Assembly (NCBI GenBank): GCA_963720545.1
Contig: OY970399.1
Span: forward strand, 2,400,001 to 2,464,000
Length of the DNA: 64,000 nucleotides
From: an uncultured Acidobacteriota bacterium
GTDB taxonomy: Bacteria > Acidobacteriota > Vicinamibacteria > Fen-336
Direction of reading: 5' to 3'
Numbering within the stretch: position 1 is the stretch's first letter; each line of letters begins with the position of its first letter. The notes under the pieces were generated by a model. The model was not told the origin of the DNA. It did not search any database and saw only the letters and a list, made by a program, of their open reading frames with translations. Of this stretch, positions 40,880 through 49,749 are shown piece by piece. A program made the position numbers and the translations under genes.

Positions 40880-40905
40880 CATAACCAGGGCAGGAGGACT
40901 CTCCC

Positions 40906-41298
40906 GTGATGCTTCGAAAAGCAGCCCTTGTTCTTGCAGCGGCGGCCGCGCTCACTCTCCCCATCGCTGCCGAGGCCGGTGACCGCTATTCGCGCGGTCG
41001 CGGCCACGGCGACCGGGGCTACTCGCGCGGTTACCACTCGAGCTACAACTACCGCTACCGCGCCCCCGCCTACCGCAGCTATGCGCCACGCTATTACCCG
41101 CGCTACTACCCGCGTTACTACGCGCCGGCCCGGGCGTACTACGCGCCGCCGCCGGTTTACTACGGGGGCTATTACGACAGCGGCTACTACGACAGCGGCT
41201 ACTACCCCGGCTATTACCGCGAGCCGGCCGTAGCCCTTCACTATCACTCGGGCCGGGCGTGCAGCCGGTTCCACGTGGGCCTCAACTTCCGCTTCTGA
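40906..41298 (+). CDS. Secreted Tyr/Arg/Gly-rich low-complexity protein
   Basis: AGGAGG ribosome-binding site, signal peptide ending AEA, RYYP x2, GYYDS x2, GC-rich third codon positions. Confidence 0.75.
   Translation: MMLRKAALVLAAAAALTLPIAAEAGDRYSRGRGHGDRGYSRGYHSSYNYRYRAPAYRSYAPRYYPRYYPRYYAPARAYYAPPPVYYGGYYDSGYYDSGYYPGYYREPAVALHYHSGRACSRFHVGLNFRF
41176..41205 (+). repeat. 15-bp tandem duplication within the Tyr-rich gene
   Basis: GACAGCGGCTACTAC twice (DSGYY). Confidence 0.85.
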
Positions 41299-41328
41299 CG
41301 CGCTCCGCGGCTGCGCGCGCCGCCTGTG

Positions 41329-42261
41329 TCAGGCGCGCGCGGCGAAGTAGCCGAGCTTGTGGCGGACCACCAGGTCCTCGCGGCTCGCCACGCGCAGCAC
41401 GATCCGTCGCCAGCGCCCGTCCTTGCGGGCGTTGGATGAGACATAGCCGACGCTGTACTGGGTGCGCAGTTCCTCGGCGATGCGGTCGTAGACGGCATCG
41501 AGTTCCGAGATCGAGCCGGGGAAGTGAACCTGGCCGCCGGTGTCGCGCGACAGCGCCGTCAGCAGGTAGGCGGCTTGCGAAAAGTTGGCCGACTCGCGCT
41601 GCTGCCGCTGACGGATGCTGATCGCGTAGATCGCGATTTCGGTGCGCCGCGCCAGTTCCAGCACCTGGTCGTCGGTGACGATCGAGCAGGTGTCCTCGCC
41701 GTCCGAGAGCAGCACGATGGCGCGCCGCCGCAGCTCGCCCGCCTTCTTCTGCTTCGACAACTCCTTGAGCGCGACGTAGAGGGCGTTGTGCAGCGCCGTC
41801 GCGCCCGCGGCGAGCGTGCGCTTCACCGCGGACTCGAGCTGCTCCTGGTTCTCGGTGAAGTCCTGCAGGATCACCGGCCGGTCGTTGAACTGGATGATCT
41901 GCGCGAGGTCCTGCTGGCGCAGCGTCTTGACGAAACGGATGGCGGCCGACTGCGCCTGCTTCAGCTTGTCGTCCATCGACGCCGAGGTGTCGATGAGCAG
42001 CGACAACGAAATCGGCAGGTTTTCGTGGGTGAACAGCGAAATCGACTGGCGGATGCCGTCCTCGTACGCGACGAAGTCGTCCTGGACGAGGTCGGTGACG
42101 AAGCGGCCGCGGCCGTCGGTCACCGAGACGGTCAGGTTGATGAGGTCGATGCCGGTCTCGAACGTCGGCGTCTGCGCCTGGCCAGCGGCGAACAGCGGCC
42201 GCGCGAACGGCGCGGCGAGCGCCGCGGCCAGGAACGAGCGGCGGCGCAGCGAAGGTTTCAG
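41329..42261 (-). CDS. VWA domain protein (acidobacterial VWFA-related type) with Tat-like signal
   Basis: LRRRSFL signal, DTSAS MIDAS motif, LLSDGED, IAEELRTQYSVGY. Probable CTG start overlapping the upstream TGA. Confidence 0.85.
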   Translation of the reverse strand: MKPSLRRRSFLAAALAAPFARPLFAAGQAQTPTFETGIDLINLTVSVTDGRGRFVTDLVQDDFVAYEDGIRQSISLFTHENLPISLSLLIDTSASMDDKLKQAQSAAIRFVKTLRQQDLAQIIQFNDRPVILQDFTENQEQLESAVKRTLAAGATALHNALYVALKELSKQKKAGELRRRAIVLLSDGEDTCSIVTDDQVLELARRTEIAIYAISIRQRQQRESANFSQAAYLLTALSRDTGGQVHFPGSISELDAVYDRIAEELRTQYSVGYVSSNARKDGRWRRIVLRVASREDLVVRHKLGYFAARA

Positions 42262-43133
42262 CGCACCGCTCCCAGCACCCGCGCCCGCGCGCCAGGCTGC
42301 GCGATCGTCACCAGCAGCTTGCGCTTCTCGGCATCGCCGGATTCGCTGTAGGTGAGCCGGTAGTGGGCGTTCAGGTCCGCCGCCACCTTGTTGAGGTTGA
42401 ACTCCATGCCCATCGCCGTCATCAGCCGCAGCTGCATGCCGCCGCTCTTGTCGGTGAGGTTCGCGAGCGCGTACTGCAGGTTGAAGGGCACGTCGCCGCC
42501 CTCGTTGATCTCGAGCACGTAGAAGATGTCGGCTTTGCCCAGCGACTCGTCGACCGCCTGCTCCTTGGTGCGGCTCGAGAAGTCGATGCCGGAGCCGGTG
42601 ATCACCACCACCGCGGTGCGCGCCGCTTCCTTCTTCGCGAGCTCCTTCGTCACCTCGACGATCCCGTCGAGGAGCGTGTTGCCGCCCTGCGGGTAAACGC
42701 GCCGCAACGCGGCGGTCGCCGCCGCGGGGTCGTCGCTCCATTCCACGCGCCGCGTCGGCCGGTCGCCGGTGGTCCACAGCATGTAGCGCGAGCCTTCCGG
42801 CAGCGAGCGCAGGAACGGCGCTATCGCCGGCACGATGTTGAGCCGGTATGCGCTGCTCAGAGCCTCGCTGCTGTCGATGATGAGCGCCAGCGACAGCGGC
42901 CGGGTGTCGATCGCGAGGTCCACCACTTCGCGGGCGATGCCGTTCTCCTCGACCGCGAGGTCGGTGGTCGACACCGACTTCACCGCGGCGCCGTCCTTGT
43001 CGGTGAGCGCCACCGACACCACCCGGTCCGAGGCGGCGGCCGCGGCGGCCGCCGACGCGAAGAGGGTCATTCCGAGCGCGCCGTTTCGCCCAAGCGCCAG
43101 TATCATCCTTTTAATGGCCATGCCAATGCTCAT
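42258..43133 (-). CDS. Degenerate VWA domain protein (exported)
   Basis: Same architecture (PLSLALIIDSS, VVVITGSG, DLNAHYRLTY) with an incomplete MIDAS. Start uncertain. Confidence 0.7.
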   Translation of the reverse strand: MSIGMAIKRMILALGRNGALGMTLFASAAAAAAASDRVVSVALTDKDGAAVKSVSTTDLAVEENGIAREVVDLAIDTRPLSLALIIDSSEALSSAYRLNIVPAIAPFLRSLPEGSRYMLWTTGDRPTRRVEWSDDPAAATAALRRVYPQGGNTLLDGIVEVTKELAKKEAARTAVVVITGSGIDFSSRTKEQAVDESLGKADIFYVLEINEGGDVPFNLQYALANLTDKSGGMQLRLMTAMGMEFNLNKVAADLNAHYRLTYSESGDAEKRKLLVTIAQPGARARVLGAVR

Positions 43134-43181
43134 GTTGAGACGGGTGAGGATCGTCCGTCAAACTGCCGGAAGTAAAGAAGC

Positions 43182-43682
43182 GTGAAGCGCGCCATCGTCA
43201 TCACCGTGAGCGACTCGGTGCGTGCCGGCCGGCGCACCGACCTTTCGGGCGCCGCGGCACGCCGCTTCCTGGAGCAGGCGGGCCTCGCGGTGGGCGAGCC
43301 GGTGGTGGTCGCCGACGACCGTTCCGACGTCGCGGCAGCCATCCTCGCGGCGGCGGCCGCCGCCGAGCTGGTGGTGACGACCGGCGGCACCGGGCTGTCG
43401 CCGCGCGACCTGACGCCCGAAGCGACCTTCGACGTGATCGACCGGGAAGTCCCCGGCCTCGCCGAACAGATGCGCGCCAGCGGGCTCACCAGGACCCCGT
43501 TCGCCTCGTTGTCGCGGGGTGTCTGCGGCCTCATCGGCGCCACCCTCGTCATCAACCTGCCGGGCAGCCCTGCAGGCGTTGCGAGCGGGCTGGAGGCGAT
43601 CCGCAGCGTCCTGCGCCACGCCCTCGAGATCGCCGCGGGCAACACCGCGCACAGCGATGTTCCGGACCCGCCGCAGGGGTGA
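43182..43682 (+). CDS. MogA/MoaB molybdopterin adenylyltransferase
   Basis: ITVSDS, TTGGTGLSPRDLTPEAT, INLPGSP. Confidence 0.92.
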   Translation: MKRAIVITVSDSVRAGRRTDLSGAAARRFLEQAGLAVGEPVVVADDRSDVAAAILAAAAAAELVVTTGGTGLSPRDLTPEATFDVIDREVPGLAEQMRASGLTRTPFASLSRGVCGLIGATLVINLPGSPAGVASGLEAIRSVLRHALEIAAGNTAHSDVPDPPQG

Positions 43683-43713
43683 GCCCGTGCGCTAGAGTGC
43701 CTGCGAGTACGCG

Positions 43714-44847
43714 ATGAGCGATCCAGGCGTCCTGCCGCAGCCGCTGCCGCCCGTGCCGCCAACGCGGCGCCGCGACACCATTGCGCTGGTGGTGGCGATG
43801 GCGGTCATCCTGCTGCTCTCGTACCTCGTGTTCCGGTCGTTCCTCATCGACATCGCCGTCGCGGGATCGGTGGCGGTGCTGCTCAACCCGCTGCACGTCC
43901 GCCTCACGCGGCTGCTGCGCCGCCAGGCGTGGGCTTCGGCGCTGCTGTTGTCATTTGCCTGCGTCGCCGCGCTACTGCTGCCGGTGTTGACCGCGGTGAC
44001 GGTGATGGGCCGCCAGGCGGTGGGCTTCGTCGAATGGTCAGCGCCCAAGCTGCAGCCCGACGAGCTGCGCGCGCTCATCCAGGAGCGCTTGCCGGAACGC
44101 TACCCGTCGCTGCGGCGCATCGACTCGAACACCGTGAGCCAGGTGGTCTCGGGCGCGCTGTCGCGGCTCGTCAGCGGGCTCAACCAGTTGGTGCAGGGCA
44201 TCGTCGGCCGGCTGACCTCGGCGCTCCTCGATTTCCTGCTGTTCGCGATGCTCGTGTTCTTCTTCCTGCGCGACGGGCCGCCCATCCGCCAGGTCATCCG
44301 CGCCATCTCGCCGCTCTCCGAGCAGCAGGAACACGACATCTTCGAGCACCTCGGGCGCACCGTGAAAGGCGTGGTGCAGGCCATGGTGCTGGTGCCGCTC
44401 GCCCAGGGCATCGTCGCCTGGCCGGCGTTTGCCATGCTGGGTGTGCCGTCGCCGCTCCTCTGGTCGTTCGGCGTGGTGCTCGCGGCGTTCGTCCCCATCC
44501 TCGGCAGCCCGCTCGGCTGGGTGCCGGCGGTCGTCTACCTGTTCCTGAACGGCGCCACCAGCAGCGCCACCATCCTGCTCGTGTACGGGGTCGTCGTCAT
44601 CAGCGGCATCGACAACGTGGTGAAGCCGATGGTGCTGCGCGGCGCGGCGCAGATCCATCCGCTGCTGGCGTTCCTCGCGACGATCGGCGGCTTGTTGTCG
44701 TTCGGCGCGGCCGGCTTCCTCGTGGGGCCGGTGGTGCTGTCGCTGCTGCTCTCGGCGCTCAGGATCTACACGGAGTTCATCAACCCCCGCCGCGTGGTCG
44801 CCGTCGGCGCACCAGCGCCCGGACCGATCGAAGTCGCCACCGAGTAG
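43714..44847 (+). CDS. AI-2E family transporter
   Basis: FFFLRDG, VPILGS, IDNVVKP, IHPLL..GG...GPVV. Confidence 0.9.
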   Translation: MSDPGVLPQPLPPVPPTRRRDTIALVVAMAVILLLSYLVFRSFLIDIAVAGSVAVLLNPLHVRLTRLLRRQAWASALLLSFACVAALLLPVLTAVTVMGRQAVGFVEWSAPKLQPDELRALIQERLPERYPSLRRIDSNTVSQVVSGALSRLVSGLNQLVQGIVGRLTSALLDFLLFAMLVFFFLRDGPPIRQVIRAISPLSEQQEHDIFEHLGRTVKGVVQAMVLVPLAQGIVAWPAFAMLGVPSPLLWSFGVVLAAFVPILGSPLGWVPAVVYLFLNGATSSATILLVYGVVVISGIDNVVKPMVLRGAAQIHPLLAFLATIGGLLSFGAAGFLVGPVVLSLLLSALRIYTEFINPRRVVAVGAPAPGPIEVATE

Positions 44848-44849
44848 CA

Positions 44850-45113
44850 ATGAAAGCCCGAGACCTGCTGACCGACGAGCTCGCGCGCGCCCGCGCCTTC
44901 AGGGACGCAACCCCCTACGCGCAGATCGCCGCGAGTTTCCTCATCAGCCTGCTGCTCTTCCTCAGCGGCGGACCGTGGCTCGATCACAAACTCGGCAGCG
45001 AGCCGGTGCTCTTCTGGACCGGCATCGTCGCTACGCTCTTCTCGTTCGGATTCCATCTCTGGCGGGTGTACCTGCAGGTCATCCAGCCGAAGCGGCGCAA
45101 GCGCCGCCACTAG
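44850..45113 (+). CDS. AtpZ/ATPase gene 1-like small membrane protein (copy 1)
   Basis: Two TM helices around GPWLDHKLGSEP. Confidence 0.65.
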   Translation: MKARDLLTDELARARAFRDATPYAQIAASFLISLLLFLSGGPWLDHKLGSEPVLFWTGIVATLFSFGFHLWRVYLQVIQPKRRKRRH

Positions 45114-45226
45114 TCGCTTGCGCAGTCGCCGGTCGTCATGGGGCTGTGGTAGTCTGCGCCTCGCTGTCGGACGCCCCGGACTGGCGTGCGAGGCTTCAAG
45201 GCAAGTTGCAACCAGATCGAGGCAAG

Positions 45227-45433
45227 ATGCGCGGCGTCAGCGACATAGCGCCTTATCTGTGGATCGGAAGCAGCTTGGCGGGAAGTGTCCTCGCGTGTGT
45301 GGCCGGCGGGTATGGCCTCGACCGGTTGCTGGGTACGGATCCCGCGTTCTTGCTCGCGGGTTCGGCTCTGGGGCTGGTGGCGGTTTTCTACCATCTCCGA
45401 CGCATCTACTTTGAGATGAGCCGCCGAACTTGA
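45227..45433 (+). CDS. AtpZ/ATPase gene 1-like small membrane protein (copy 2)
   Basis: GYGLDRLLGTDP between two TM helices. TTGA overlap with the next gene. Start uncertain. Confidence 0.75.
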   Translation: MRGVSDIAPYLWIGSSLAGSVLACVAGGYGLDRLLGTDPAFLLAGSALGLVAVFYHLRRIYFEMSRRT

Positions 45434-46668
45434 AACCGGAACGCTACATGTTTGCCGTGGTCGCCGTGGTCGCTGCCGTGATGATCGCCGCCGCCTGCGG
45501 CGCGCCCTCCGCGGCCGACCGCACCGCCGTCATGGCTGCGGCCGCGCTCTGCGGGTTCAACACACTCGTGGCGCATGGACTCACGGCCTGGGGAGCGCGC
45601 CGCTCCAACAAGACGTTCTTCACCGCAGTGCTGGTCGGCACGCTCCTGCGCCTCGCGCTTGTGCTCGGGTTCGTGTACCTGGCGCTCGGCGTCTTCAACC
45701 TGCCGCGCACACCGTTCGTCGCCACGCTGCTTGGACTCTTCACCTTGTTCATGGTGGCGGAGCTGAAGGTGCAGGCAAACGCGCTGAAGCGCGCGGCCGC
45801 AGCCATCTTTTTCACGGGCGCGCTCGCGAGCACGCAGGCCTTCGCCCAGGAACCGGCCGCCGCACCGCACCAGGAAGCGGCGCCACACCAGGAAGCTGCC
45901 GAGCATGGTGGCGGCCACGACGATCCGGCCGCGATCCTCATGCACCACGTGACCGACCAGCCGATCTTCGGCTTCCGCTCCAAGCACCTGCTGTTCTTTG
46001 CCCTGGTCGCCGGTCTGGTGCTGATCGCGGCGCGCGTGGCGGTCTCGAACTACGACCACAAGAAGGTGCCCAAGGGTCCCGCGGCGCTAGTCGAGACCAT
46101 CGTGTTGTTCATCCGCGACGAGATCGCCGAACGCAACATCGGCCACGGCGAGGGGACGCGCTGGACCCCCCTGCTCGCGAGCTTCTTCTTCTTTATTCTG
46201 ACCGCCGCGTTCGTCGGCCTGCTGCCGTTTTCGGCGACCTCCACCGGCAACATCGCGGTCACGGCCGCGCTCGCCACGGTCTCGCTGCTCGCCCAGCAGT
46301 GGGGCGGCATCGCCAAGCACGGCGTCTTCGGCCATTTCAAGAACCTCATCCCACACGGCATGCCCTGGCCGATCACGATCATCATGGTGCCAATCGAGAT
46401 CATCGGCGTGTTCACCAAGCCATTTGCGCTGATGATCCGGTTGTTCGCCAACATGATCGCCGGTCACATGGTGATCACCGCGCTGCTGCTGCTGATTCCG
46501 CTGATGGCGCGCATCAGCCTGGCGATGGGCCTGGTGACCTCGCCGGTCAGCATCGGCATCGCGCTCTTCATTATGGTGCTCGAGGTTCTTGTGGCGTTCA
46601 TCCAGGCTTATATTTTCACCCTGCTCACGGCGATCTTCATCGGGATGTACGTTCATCCCTCACACTAG
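45430..46668 (+). CDS. atpB: ATP synthase subunit a with N-terminal AtpI-like 4-TM domain fused in frame
   Basis: FIRDEIA, ATSTGNI, KPFALMIRLFANMIAGH, LEVLVAFIQAYIFTLL. The first ~118 aa form an AtpI-like hydrophobic domain (GTLLRL). Confidence 0.88.
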   Translation: MKPERYMFAVVAVVAAVMIAAACGAPSAADRTAVMAAAALCGFNTLVAHGLTAWGARRSNKTFFTAVLVGTLLRLALVLGFVYLALGVFNLPRTPFVATLLGLFTLFMVAELKVQANALKRAAAAIFFTGALASTQAFAQEPAAAPHQEAAPHQEAAEHGGGHDDPAAILMHHVTDQPIFGFRSKHLLFFALVAGLVLIAARVAVSNYDHKKVPKGPAALVETIVLFIRDEIAERNIGHGEGTRWTPLLASFFFFILTAAFVGLLPFSATSTGNIAVTAALATVSLLAQQWGGIAKHGVFGHFKNLIPHGMPWPITIIMVPIEIIGVFTKPFALMIRLFANMIAGHMVITALLLLIPLMARISLAMGLVTSPVSIGIALFIMVLEVLVAFIQAYIFTLLTAIFIGMYVHPSH

Positions 46669-46695
46669 GCGCGATTTCAAGGAGGACTGAAGTTC

Positions 46696-46923
46696 ATGGA
46701 TCCCAAAGGTCTTGCGTATCTCTCGGCGGGTATCGGCGCCGGTCTCGCGATCATAGGCGGCGGTCTCGGTATCGGCCGGCTGGCCGCGTCGGCCATGGAA
46801 GGAATCGCGCGCCAACCCGGCGCCACCGGCGACATTCGAGGCGCGATGATCGTTGCCGCCGGCCTCATCGAAGGCGTGACCTTCCTCGCTCTCATCGTTT
46901 CGATCCTGCTTGCGACCAAGTAG
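46696..46923 (+). CDS. atpE: ATP synthase subunit c
   Basis: GxGxGxG, ARQP loop, LIEG carboxylate. Strong GGAGG ribosome-binding site. Confidence 0.95.
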   Translation: MDPKGLAYLSAGIGAGLAIIGGGLGIGRLAASAMEGIARQPGATGDIRGAMIVAAGLIEGVTFLALIVSILLATK

Positions 46924-46932
46924 GACCGCGCC

Positions 46933-47478
46933 ATGATGTCGGTGGTGTGGACCTTAGCCGCCGCGGCGGCGGAAGGCGGCGGCCAGGGTGGGTTGATGGA
47001 CTTCAACGTCACCCTGTTCTGGGCGACCCTCGTGCTATTCGCGCTGTTCGCGTTCATCCTCGGCAAGTTCGGGTGGAAGCCCCTGCTGGCCATGGTCGAG
47101 GAACGCGAGGGCTTCGTGCGCAATGCGGTCGACAGCGCGGAGAAGGCGAATGCCGAGGCGCATTCCCTGCTCGAGAAGCACAAGGAGATGCTGCGCCAGG
47201 CCGGCCGCGAGCGCGAGGAGATCCTGAAGCGCACGCTGCAGGACGCCGAGGCGCTCAAGGCCGACCTCGCCGCCAAGGCGCGCGCCGAAAGCGAGAGCAT
47301 CGTCGCTCGCGCCCGCGAGCAGGTCGAGCGCGAGAAGAACCTCGCCATCCAGGAACTGCGCGGCCAGGTCGCCGACCTCGCCGTCGAAGCCGCGTCGCGG
47401 ATCGTCAAGTCCTCGATGACCCCCGACGCCCAGCGCCAGCTGGTCTCGGACTTTGTCACCAACCTTCCAAAAAGCTAA
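46933..47478 (+). CDS. atpF: ATP synthase subunit b
   Basis: TM helix plus KFGWKPLL..VEERE and a long coiled coil. Confidence 0.92.
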   Translation: MMSVVWTLAAAAAEGGGQGGLMDFNVTLFWATLVLFALFAFILGKFGWKPLLAMVEEREGFVRNAVDSAEKANAEAHSLLEKHKEMLRQAGREREEILKRTLQDAEALKADLAAKARAESESIVARAREQVEREKNLAIQELRGQVADLAVEAASRIVKSSMTPDAQRQLVSDFVTNLPKS

Positions 47479-47549
47479 CGGATAGGAAGGGCAGCATCTT
47501 TTAGGCGGCGCTCACGCGCCGCGCTTCCGGGGAGAAGGAAAAGAACGGC

Positions 47550-47587
47550 ATCGTGAGTCGCGTTGGTTGCGACGCGCGACTCACGAT
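47550..47587. terminator. 13-bp hairpin between convergent genes
   Basis: ATCGTGAGTCGCG...CGCGACTCACGAT directly after the amidohydrolase stop. The U-tract on the minus strand is displaced by a few nt. Confidence 0.5.
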
Positions 47588-49320
47588 TACTTCTCGTACA
47601 CAACCTTCCCGTTCCACACCGTCAGCTCGCACTTCATGTCCTTGATGCGAGCCGGCGGCACCGCATACGGGTCGACATCCCAGACCGCGATGTCGGCGTA
47701 CTTGCCAATTTCGAGCGACCCGGTCTTGTCCTCCAGGAACATCTGGCGCGCCACGTTGATCGTCTGAGCGCGCAGCGCCTGGTGCACGTCGATCGCCTCG
47801 GCGGTGCCGAACGGCGTCTTGCCGTAGACGCCGAGAAGCGTCTCGCGCGCCGTCGACGCCCAGATGCCGTACTGTGCCGGGAATGGCGTCACGGAATAGT
47901 CGGATGAGTTCGCCCACTTGATGCCGCGGGCGAGGAACGTCCTGAACGGGTTGAGCCGGGGCGAACGCGCTGCGCCGAACGTGCCCGCGTAGGTGTCGCC
48001 GATCCACCAGAGGAAGGTCGCGGACGGCTCCGGATAGCCGGCGTCCATGTCCTTCTGCAGGCGGGCCAGCACGTCCAGCGCGTGGTCGGTGGGCGCGACG
48101 GCGTGGATCAGGCCGTGGCGCAGGCCGCGCTTCGGCGCCGCGGCAAGCGCTTGGTCGTAGCTGTCGAGCACCCAGTCGAGGGCACGGTCGCCGACCGCAT
48201 GCGTGCTCACGTGCAGGCCGGCCTCGTGGACGGCGCGGATCTGCCGGCGGATGACCTGCGGATCGTAGGCGGGATAGCCGCTGTTGCCCTTGTCGGGTTC
48301 GGTGCGGTTCCTGAACCAGTCGCTCCACATCCAGGCGGTGCGCGCGCCGCCGCTGCCGTCCGAATAGAGCTTGACGCCGCCGAGGAACAGCTGGTCGTCG
48401 CCGGTCGCTTCCGGCGGGTGCGGCACGGACCGGACTTTTGCGATCGCCGCTGCTGCGGACGCTTCGGTCTGGCCGCCGCCCCAGAGCGCCATGACGCGCA
48501 CCGTGAGCGTGCCCTGCGCGTGCGCCTTGCCGTACGCCGTCCAGATCGCTTCGCCAATGTCGGGATCCTTGGCGCCGGTCATGCCGGAGCGGTTGAACTC
48601 CTTTGCCTGCGCCGCGATCGCCGCCACCCACTCGTCGGGGGTTGCGTCGGGGATGAGTTTGGTGACGAGATTCAACGCCGATTCCTTGAGGACGCCGGTC
48701 GGCGTGCCGTCGGCATCGCGGTCGATGGTGCCGCCTGGAGGGTCGGGCGTTTCCTTGCTGATCCTCGCGAGTGCCAGGGCCGCGCTGTTGGCGACTCCGT
48801 AGTGGCCGGTGGTGTGGCCCAGCCACATCGGCCGTCCCGCGGAAGCGGCGTCGAGATCGGAGGCACGCAGGTAGCGCCGCTCGGCCAGCTTGCTCTCGTC
48901 CCAGCCAGCGCCGAGGATCCAGCCGCCCGCGGGCGTCTTCGCAGCGCGTTCCTTCACCAGCGCCACCGCATCCGCCACGCTCTTGACGTTGGGGTAGGAC
49001 ATCTGGATATTGAGCAGCACGTCGAGCCCGCTGCTCGCGAGGTGGTTGTGCGCGTCCATCAACCCCGGGGTGACGCCGCGGCCCGCAAGGTCGATGACGC
49101 GGGTCCTGGGGCCGATGAACGGCTTGACCTCAGCATCGGTGCCCACCGCGACGATGCGCTCGCCGCGCACCGCGAGCGCCTGGACAACGCTGTCCTGCGC
49201 GTCCACCGTGATCACCCGCCCGTTCGTGAGCACGAGGTCCGCCGGCTCGTCAGGCGCGGCGCCGAGCGTGGCGGCGAACAGGAAGAGCGCGACCGGCATC
49301 GTCATCAAGTGGTTTTTCAT
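47587..49320 (-). CDS. Exported amidohydrolase family 3 (YtcJ-like)
   Basis: PGLMDAHNH, GVKLYSDGS, THAVGDRA, GSLEIGKYAD. ATG 49320 followed by a signal peptide. Confidence 0.88.
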   Translation of the reverse strand: MKNHLMTMPVALFLFAATLGAAPDEPADLVLTNGRVITVDAQDSVVQALAVRGERIVAVGTDAEVKPFIGPRTRVIDLAGRGVTPGLMDAHNHLASSGLDVLLNIQMSYPNVKSVADAVALVKERAAKTPAGGWILGAGWDESKLAERRYLRASDLDAASAGRPMWLGHTTGHYGVANSAALALARISKETPDPPGGTIDRDADGTPTGVLKESALNLVTKLIPDATPDEWVAAIAAQAKEFNRSGMTGAKDPDIGEAIWTAYGKAHAQGTLTVRVMALWGGGQTEASAAAAIAKVRSVPHPPEATGDDQLFLGGVKLYSDGSGGARTAWMWSDWFRNRTEPDKGNSGYPAYDPQVIRRQIRAVHEAGLHVSTHAVGDRALDWVLDSYDQALAAAPKRGLRHGLIHAVAPTDHALDVLARLQKDMDAGYPEPSATFLWWIGDTYAGTFGAARSPRLNPFRTFLARGIKWANSSDYSVTPFPAQYGIWASTARETLLGVYGKTPFGTAEAIDVHQALRAQTINVARQMFLEDKTGSLEIGKYADIAVWDVDPYAVPPARIKDMKCELTVWNGKVVYEK

Positions 49321-49366
49321 TGGCAATCCGGTCCGTAAGCTATCATTCGCCGCCAGCGAGGTGCTC

Positions 49367-49702
49367 GTGTCCCAACGTGAGGTCGAGGTCGCGAAAATCT
49401 TCAAGGGGCTGCCGAAGCTCTTCCAGAAGGGCGTGGTCACGACACCGCGCACCTTCTATTTCTCGCTGGATGACGACGCGAAGTGGAGCGTCTCGCTCGG
49501 CACGGACAAGTGCGAAGTGAAGGAAGGCAAGCCGTCGCAGGACGCCGACTGCTTCTTCAAGAGCACGAAGGAGCTGTTCCTCGAGGTCTGGGCCGGCAAG
49601 CACACGCCGTCCGCCAGCGACTTCCTCATGGGCCGCATCAAGAGCAACAACCCGCTGCTCCTCAAGGACTTCGTCGCCGCGTTTCGCAAGAAGGCGAAGT
49701 AG
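49367..49702 (+). CDS. SCP2 (sterol-carrier)-like small protein
   Basis: FYFSL...CEVKEGKP..ADC...FLMGRIK pattern, clean codon usage, GAGG before GTG. Confidence 0.65.
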   Translation: MSQREVEVAKIFKGLPKLFQKGVVTTPRTFYFSLDDDAKWSVSLGTDKCEVKEGKPSQDADCFFKSTKELFLEVWAGKHTPSASDFLMGRIKSNNPLLLKDFVAAFRKKAK

Positions 49703-49749
49703 CGGCGTTAGACTTGCAGGGGATACGCCAGGAATGCGGGTGAGAGTCG

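Noticed and set aside
40906..41298. RiPP precursor cluster
   Set aside because: No modifying enzyme, peptidase or dedicated transporter is adjacent, and the protein has an ordinary Sec signal.
46696..46923. Na+-translocating N-ATPase
   Set aside because: The c subunit lacks the Na+-binding E-S/T signature, and the gene order is not the N-ATPase operon order.
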